From positions 60,427 through 124,426 of the forward strand of contig CAWHIM010000037.1 in the NCBI GenBank assembly GCA_963829245.1: 64,000 nucleotides of DNA. Direction: 5' to 3'. The notes under the pieces are model-generated. The model made no database searches and was not told the DNA's origin. It saw only the letters and a list, made by a program, of their open reading frames with translations. This stretch comes from an uncultured bacterium (lineage in GTDB: Bacteria > Desulfobacterota > Deferrimicrobia > Deferrimicrobiales > Deferrimicrobiaceae). The position numbers and the translations under genes were made by a program. This document shows positions 58,750 to 64,000 of the stretch, in pieces; positions within the stretch are counted from its first letter, which is position 1, and the number at the start of each line of letters is the position of its first letter.

Positions 58750-58783
58750 GGGAGTCTGAGTATCTATAGAAGGAGGGGGCGGC

Positions 58784-60211
58784 ATGGGCGACGGGATCCG
58801 GTTCCGCTTCGATTTCTCCCTCGTGGGAGAGAGCAACCTCCGGGGAGGGGACGGGATCGCCGCGCCCGACTTCCGGAAGATGATGGCGCTGGTCGACGAC
58901 GCGGTGGAAACGCTCGCGGGGAAACATCGGCGCGGGGAGATCGGCTTCCCCGACCTGCCGTTCCTCGAGAAGGAGGCCCGGGCGATCTCCCGGGACGCGG
59001 CGGCCCTTCGCGCGAAATGCACCCACCTCCTCGTCCTCGGCATCGGCGGCTCGGCGCTGGGGACGAAGGCGGTGCACGAGGCGGTCGGAGGCGCGGGACG
59101 CCCCGGGATGGCGCTCTCCGTGGGGGACAACGTCGACCCCGACGCCTTCTTCCCCCTCCTGGCGAAGCTCCCGATGAAGAAGACCGTCGTGGTGGCCATC
59201 AGCAAATCGGGGGGGACGGCGGAGACGAACGCCCAGCTCGCGCTCGCGATCGCCGCGTTGAAGAAAGCCGTCGGGAAGCGTTGGAGGGAGCGGCTGGTTC
59301 TCGTCACCGATCCTTCGAAGGGGGTCTTCCGCCGGATGGCGGACGCGGAGGGGCTGAAAAGCTACGCCGTGCCGCCGAACGTCGGCGGCCGCTTCTCCGT
59401 CCTCTCGCCGGTGGGGCTGTTCCCGCTCGCCGCGGCGGGGGTCCGCGTGGAGCGGCTTCTCGCCGGGGCCGCGCAGATGGAGGCGATCTTCCGCCACACG
59501 AAGGGGACCGACAACCCGGTCCGGTTCGCCGCGGCCGTCTACGCGTACTACCTCCTGGTGAAGCCGAAGGCGGTGCAGGTCTGGTTCACCTACGGGGCGG
59601 GGCTGTCGACCGGATCGCGGAGTGGTGGCAGCAGCTCTGGGGAGAGAGCCTGGGGAAGGAGCGCGAGGGCCGCTCCCCCGTCGGGCAGACCCCCGGCGCG
59701 CGCGGTGGGCGTCACCGACCAGCACTCCCAGCTCCAGCTCTACCAGGACGGCCCCGCGGACAAGGTGTTCACCTTCGTCCGGTGGATGACGGGAAGGGAG
59801 AAGGGGAACGTTCCGAAGGCGGGGTTCGCCCCGGACATGGCGATGCTCGGCGGCCGACCGCTGCGGGATCTCTTCGACGCGGAGTTCGAGGGGACGATCG
59901 GCGCGCTGTGGAGCGCGGGACGCCCCATCGTGCGGATGGAGATCGGGAAGCGCGACGAGGAGCACGTCGGCGCGTTCCTCCACTTCTGGGAATGGGTGAC
60001 GGCGATCGCGGGTACGTGCGCCGGGGTCGACCCGTTCGACCAGCCCGGCGTGGAGGAGGGGAAGCGGATCTCCCGCGCGCTGATGGGGGAGAAAGGCACG
60101 GAGGCGCTCCGCGCGGACTTCGAGGAGAAGGTCTCGAGGATCCGCCGCGCCGAGATCCGCATCGGGGAGGATCTTCCCGTCGCATCCCTCCGCCGCAAGG
60201 GCGGGAAGTAG
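58784..60211 (+). CDS. pgi: Glucose-6-phosphate isomerase (compensating indels ~59608-59690)
   Basis: LGIGGSALG, ISKSG.T.ET, VGGRFSVLS, QQLWGESLGK (shifted frame), DQHSQLQ, PFDQPGVE.GK. Confidence 0.93.
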   Translation: MGDGIRFRFDFSLVGESNLRGGDGIAAPDFRKMMALVDDAVETLAGKHRRGEIGFPDLPFLEKEARAISRDAAALRAKCTHLLVLGIGGSALGTKAVHEAVGGAGRPGMALSVGDNVDPDAFFPLLAKLPMKKTVVVAISKSGGTAETNAQLALAIAALKKAVGKRWRERLVLVTDPSKGVFRRMADAEGLKSYAVPPNVGGRFSVLSPVGLFPLAAAGVRVERLLAGAAQMEAIFRHTKGTDNPVRFAAAVYAYYLLVKPKAVQVWFTYGAGLSTGSRSGGSSSGERAWGRSARAAPPSGRPPARAVGVTDQHSQLQLYQDGPADKVFTFVRWMTGREKGNVPKAGFAPDMAMLGGRPLRDLFDAEFEGTIGALWSAGRPIVRMEIGKRDEEHVGAFLHFWEWVTAIAGTCAGVDPFDQPGVEEGKRISRALMGEKGTEALRADFEEKVSRIRRAEIRIGEDLPVASLRRKGGK

Positions 60212-61973
60212 TTGACCTCCCGCATCCGGCCGCTGCCGGACGACGTCGTCAACCGGATCGCCGCGGGGGAGGTCGTCGAACGCCCGGCGTCGGTCCTCAA
60301 GGAGTTGCTCGAAAACGCCGTCGACTCCGGCGCGGGGAGCGTGGAGGCGGACGTCTCGGGTCCCTTCCCGTTCTCCCTGCGCGTCACCGACGACGGGTGC
60401 GGCATGTCCCGCGAGGAGGCGGAGCTCGCGGTGCGGCGGCACACGACGAGCAAGATCGCCTCGGCGGACGACCTGGAGCGGATCGGTTCCTTCGGGTTCC
60501 GCGGCGAGGCGCTCCCGTCGATCGCCTCGGTCGCGCGGGTCTCCGTCGTCACCAGGCCCGCGGAAGAGCGAAGCGGGACGGAACTGGTGGTGGAGGGGGG
60601 AGCGATCCTCTCCGATCCGCGACGCGGGCGCTCCCTGCGGGACGACCGTCACCGTCTCGGGGCTCTTCGAGAACGTCCCCGCCCGGCGGAAGTTCCTGAA
60701 AAGCGAGCGCACCGAGATGGCGCACCTGTGGGAGGTGTTCCACGGCGTCGCGATTCCCGGCGAGGGGATCTCTTTCCGGTTCATCGATCCCCGCGGGGCG
60801 TTCGCGTACGAGAGCCGCGAGTCCGCCCTGGACCGCGCGAAGCGCCACGCGGGCGACGACGGGCAATACCTTGTTCCCGTCGACGTCTCCTCCGCCTTCT
60901 TCCGGATCTTCGGCTGGGCGGGGCTTCCCCAGGTTTCCCGCGCGGGGGCGGGCGGTCTCTGGTTCTTCGTCAACGGCCGGCGCTTCCGCGACCGCGGCCT
61001 CTACGCGGCGGTTCGGGAGGCGTACCGGGGGATCCTGCCCGGCGACCGCCTTCCCGTCCTCTACCTGTTCGTCACCTGCAGCCCGCGGGAGGTCGACGTC
61101 AACGTCCACCCGGCGAAGACGGAGGTCCGCTTCCGGTATCCCCGCGACTTGAACGAGCTGGCGCGCCACGCCCTCGGCGGGGCGCTCGGGGAGGCGCCGA
61201 CGCGCACGGCATTCCCTTTCCACGCCTGGGAGGAACGGAACCCGCAGGGAGGGCACCGGCCGGCGGGATCGCCGCCGGACATGTCGCTCGAGGGCGTCAC
61301 CGGTCCCCCTTTCCCCTTCCGGGCCGGCGCGGCACGGGGGAGCTGCCGTTCGCGAACCGGGCGGCGAGGCGACCGGGGGCGGTTCTTTTCCTCCCTTGTC
61401 CCGATCGGGCAGGTGCTGGGGACGTATCTGGTCTGCGAGGAGGCGGACGGGATCGTCCTCGTCGACCAGCACGCCGCCGACGAGCGGATCGTCTTCTCGC
61501 GCTTGAAGGATCGGTACCTCGGGAAGAGGGCCCCGACGCAGCGATGGCTCGACTCCGTGGAGGTTGCGCTCCCGGGGATCCTGCCGGAGGCGGACGAGCG
61601 CCCGGCCGTGGAGACGTTTCTCGTCCGGACCGGATTTTCCTTCGAGCCGGCGGGGGGGAGCGGATCCGCCTGACCGGCGGCCCGGCGGCCTTGCCGGGGT
61701 TCGACGCGCGGCGGTGGTGGGAGGACATTGTGCGAATCGTTGCGCGCCCAGGAGACCCTCCCCAAGGACCTGTTCGACGCGGATCGCGAGCTGTGGCGGA
61801 TGGCGTGCCACACGGCCGTGCGCGGCGGCGAGCGGGTGACGACGGAACGCGCCCGCCTCCTGCTCGCGGAGCTCGACGCGGCGATGGCCGCCCACAGCTG
61901 CCCCCACGGCCGCCCGGTGTGGATCCGCATCTCCCGGGGCCGTCTCGACGCCCTCTTTCACCGGACAGGATGA
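60212..61973 (+). CDS. mutL: DNA mismatch repair endonuclease MutL (frameshifts)
   Basis: NRIAAGEVVERPASVLKELLENA.D, TSKI, GFRGEAL, DVNVHPAKTEV, DQHAA.ER, CPHGRP. Confidence 0.93.
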
Positions 61974-62880
61974 CAGACTCATCGTCCTCTCCGGCCCGAC
62001 GGCCTCCGGGAAATCGGCCCTGGCCCTCGCCCTGGCGCGCGAATTCCCCGTGGAGATCGTCAACGCCGATTCCCTCCAGGTGTACCGGCACTTCGACATC
62101 GGCACCGCGAAGCCCACCGTGACGGAGCGGGGCGAGGTCCCCCATCACCTGATCGACGTGGCGGATCCCGACGAGCCGTACGACGCCGGGAGGTACGTCC
62201 GGGACGCGGAGCGTGCGATCGGGGAGATCCGGGCACGGGGAAAGGTTCCGATGCTGGTCGGCGGGACGGGGATGTATATCCGCTCGCTGCTGCGGGGGCT
62301 GGATCCTCTTCCCTCGGACCCGCGGGTCCGGGAGGAGCTCTCGCGGCGTTGGGAAGCGGAAGGGGGGGCGGCGCTCCACGCGGAGCTGGCGCGCATCGAT
62401 CCGGAAACGTCCGCGAAGGTCCATCCCTCCGACCGGCTCCGGGTCCTGCGCGCCCTCGAGATCGCCGCGGTCGCCGGGATCCCCCCCAGCCGGGCGCGTG
62501 CGGCCTGGGGCTCCGCCGATGCGAGGCACGAGTGCCTGTTTCTTGCCGTTTGGCCGGACCGGGAGACGCTGTACCGCGGGATCGATGCCCGGACGGAGGA
62601 GATGTTCCGGCGAGGGTTGCTGGAGGAGGTCAGGGGACTGCTCGCCAGGGGCTTCGACCGCTCCCTCAAGCCGATGATGGCCCTCGGGTATCGCCATGCG
62701 GCGGCACATCTCCTGGACGGCGTCCCGCTTTCCGAAACGATCGAGGCGGTGAAACGGGACACCCGGCGGTACGCCAAACGGCAGGTGACCTGGCTCTCCT
62801 CGGAACCGGGGCTTCTTCCTATCGTCCCGGGGGAGGCGTCCCGTCCTCCTTCGGAAGTCGTCAGAATGTACTTGTCCTGA
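61970..62880 (+). CDS. miaA: tRNA dimethylallyltransferase (frameshift just after start)
   Basis: GPTASGKS, NADSLQVYR.FDIGTAKP, VGGTGMY, R.LRALE, TRRYAKRQ.TW. Confidence 0.94.
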
Positions 62881-62931
62881 CCGTAATTCCGCATAAAATA
62901 AAGGTTTACGAAATATCGTGAAGGAGCGTGG

Positions 62932-63906
62932 ATGATCCTCCAATACCTCGATTTCGAGCGGCCGATCGTCGACCTGGAAAACCGCCTCGAGCAACTGAAG
63001 CGCCTCGACGACGGGACGGACAAGGGCGTCAAGGAAGAGATCGGGAAGCTGGAACGGAAGATCGGGAAGATCCGAAAGGAGGTCTTCTCCAACCTCACGC
63101 GCTGGCAGATCACCCAACTCGCGCGCCACCCGAACCGGCCGTACCTGCTCGACTACGTCAACCTCTGCTTCAAGAATTTCGTCGAACTGCACGGGGACCG
63201 GGCGTTTCGCGACGATCCGCCCCTGGTGTGCGGTTTCGCCGAGCTCGAAGGGCATCGGGTCGTCCTCATCGGACAGCAGAAGGGGCGCAACACCAACGAG
63301 AAGATTCATCGCAACTTCGGCATGGCGAATCCGGAGGGGTACCGCAAGGCTCTCCGCGTCATGAAGATGGCGGAGAAGTTCCGCCTCCCCGTCCTCACGT
63401 TCATCGATACCCCGGGTGCATTCCCCGGGATCGGCGCCGAGGAGCGCGGCCAGTCCGAGGCGATCGCGCGCAACCTCCTGGAGATGTCCCACCTCAAAAC
63501 CCCGATCGTCGTGGCCGTCATCGGCGAGGGGGGGAGCGGCGGGGCGCTGGCCATCGGCGTGGGGGACGAGATCCTGATGATGGAATATTCCGTCTACTCC
63601 GTCATCTCCCCCGAGGGGTGCGCCTCGATCCTCTGGCGCGACACGGCCAAGGCCGAGGTTGCGGCGGAGATGATGAAGATCACGGCCCCGGACCTGAAGA
63701 AGTTCGGGGTCATCGACCGGATCATCCCGGAGCCGCTGGGGGGCGCGCACCGCGACCACAAGGCGGCCGGAGACGCGTTGAAGGCGGCGCTTCTGGAGAC
63801 GCTCCCTCCGCTTCTGTCCATGCCGATCCCGCAGCTCCTTGAGCGGCGCTACCGGAAGTTCCGGGAGATGGGGGCGATGAAGCGGAAAGCCGGGGGAGCG
63901 GCTTGA
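62932..63906 (+). CDS. accA: Acetyl-CoA carboxylase carboxyltransferase subunit alpha
   Basis: LDFERP, ARHP.RP, ELHGDR, NFGM..PEGYRKA, DTPGA, IGEGGSGGAL, YSVISPEG. Confidence 0.97.
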   Translation: MILQYLDFERPIVDLENRLEQLKRLDDGTDKGVKEEIGKLERKIGKIRKEVFSNLTRWQITQLARHPNRPYLLDYVNLCFKNFVELHGDRAFRDDPPLVCGFAELEGHRVVLIGQQKGRNTNEKIHRNFGMANPEGYRKALRVMKMAEKFRLPVLTFIDTPGAFPGIGAEERGQSEAIARNLLEMSHLKTPIVVAVIGEGGSGGALAIGVGDEILMMEYSVYSVISPEGCASILWRDTAKAEVAAEMMKITAPDLKKFGVIDRIIPEPLGGAHRDHKAAGDALKAALLETLPPLLSMPIPQLLERRYRKFREMGAMKRKAGGAA

Positions 63907-64000
63907 CGCAGGACCGCCTGAAGGAGCTCCGCGTCGAAATCGATGCCACCGACGACCGGATCCTCGAGCTGCTGAACCGCCGGGCGAAGGCGGCCATCGA
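63903..64000 (+). CDS. Chorismate mutase (probably PheA N-terminus), truncated by window end
   Basis: TTGA overlap; MTQDRLKELRVEIDATDDRILELLNRRA is the AroQ signature. Confidence 0.8.
   Translation, partial: MTQDRLKELRVEIDATDDRILELLNRRAKAAI

Overview
GC-rich bacterial chromosomal window. Gene content and order suggest a deltaproteobacterial/Desulfobacterota-like organism (inference only). Most of it is core genome on the + strand: manC-PMM-like fusion, coaBC, udg, rlmI, nfeD-SPFH, spoIID-queA-tgt-yajC-secDF-recJ, speB-pdaD, fabH, rimI, pyrKD, rimP-nusA-ylxR-infB-rbfA-nrnA-truB-rpsO-pnp, dut, purB-purSQL-purF, pyrE, pgsA-tRNA-Gly, epimerase, FBP aldolase/phosphatase, pgi, mutL-miaA-accA and the start of a chorismate mutase. 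On the - strand are nadB, a liv ABC operon, a CHRD gene, tRNA-Cys and tRNA-Leu. More than 20 genes, essential ones included, are split by single-base indels (mostly insertions), most likely long-read errors, so many gene boundaries are reconstructed. The first ~4.3 kb is more AT-rich and looks accessory: mgtA, a coupled PTS EIIA-like gene with an unknown C-terminal domain, and a FitAB/VapBC toxin-antitoxin pair. The most notable unexplained structure is a ~105-nt long-hairpin repeat. Two direct copies bracket an MFS gene just downstream of tRNA-Gly, and a third partial inverted copy overlaps the fbp stop codon. No CRISPR array, integrase or transposase was found.
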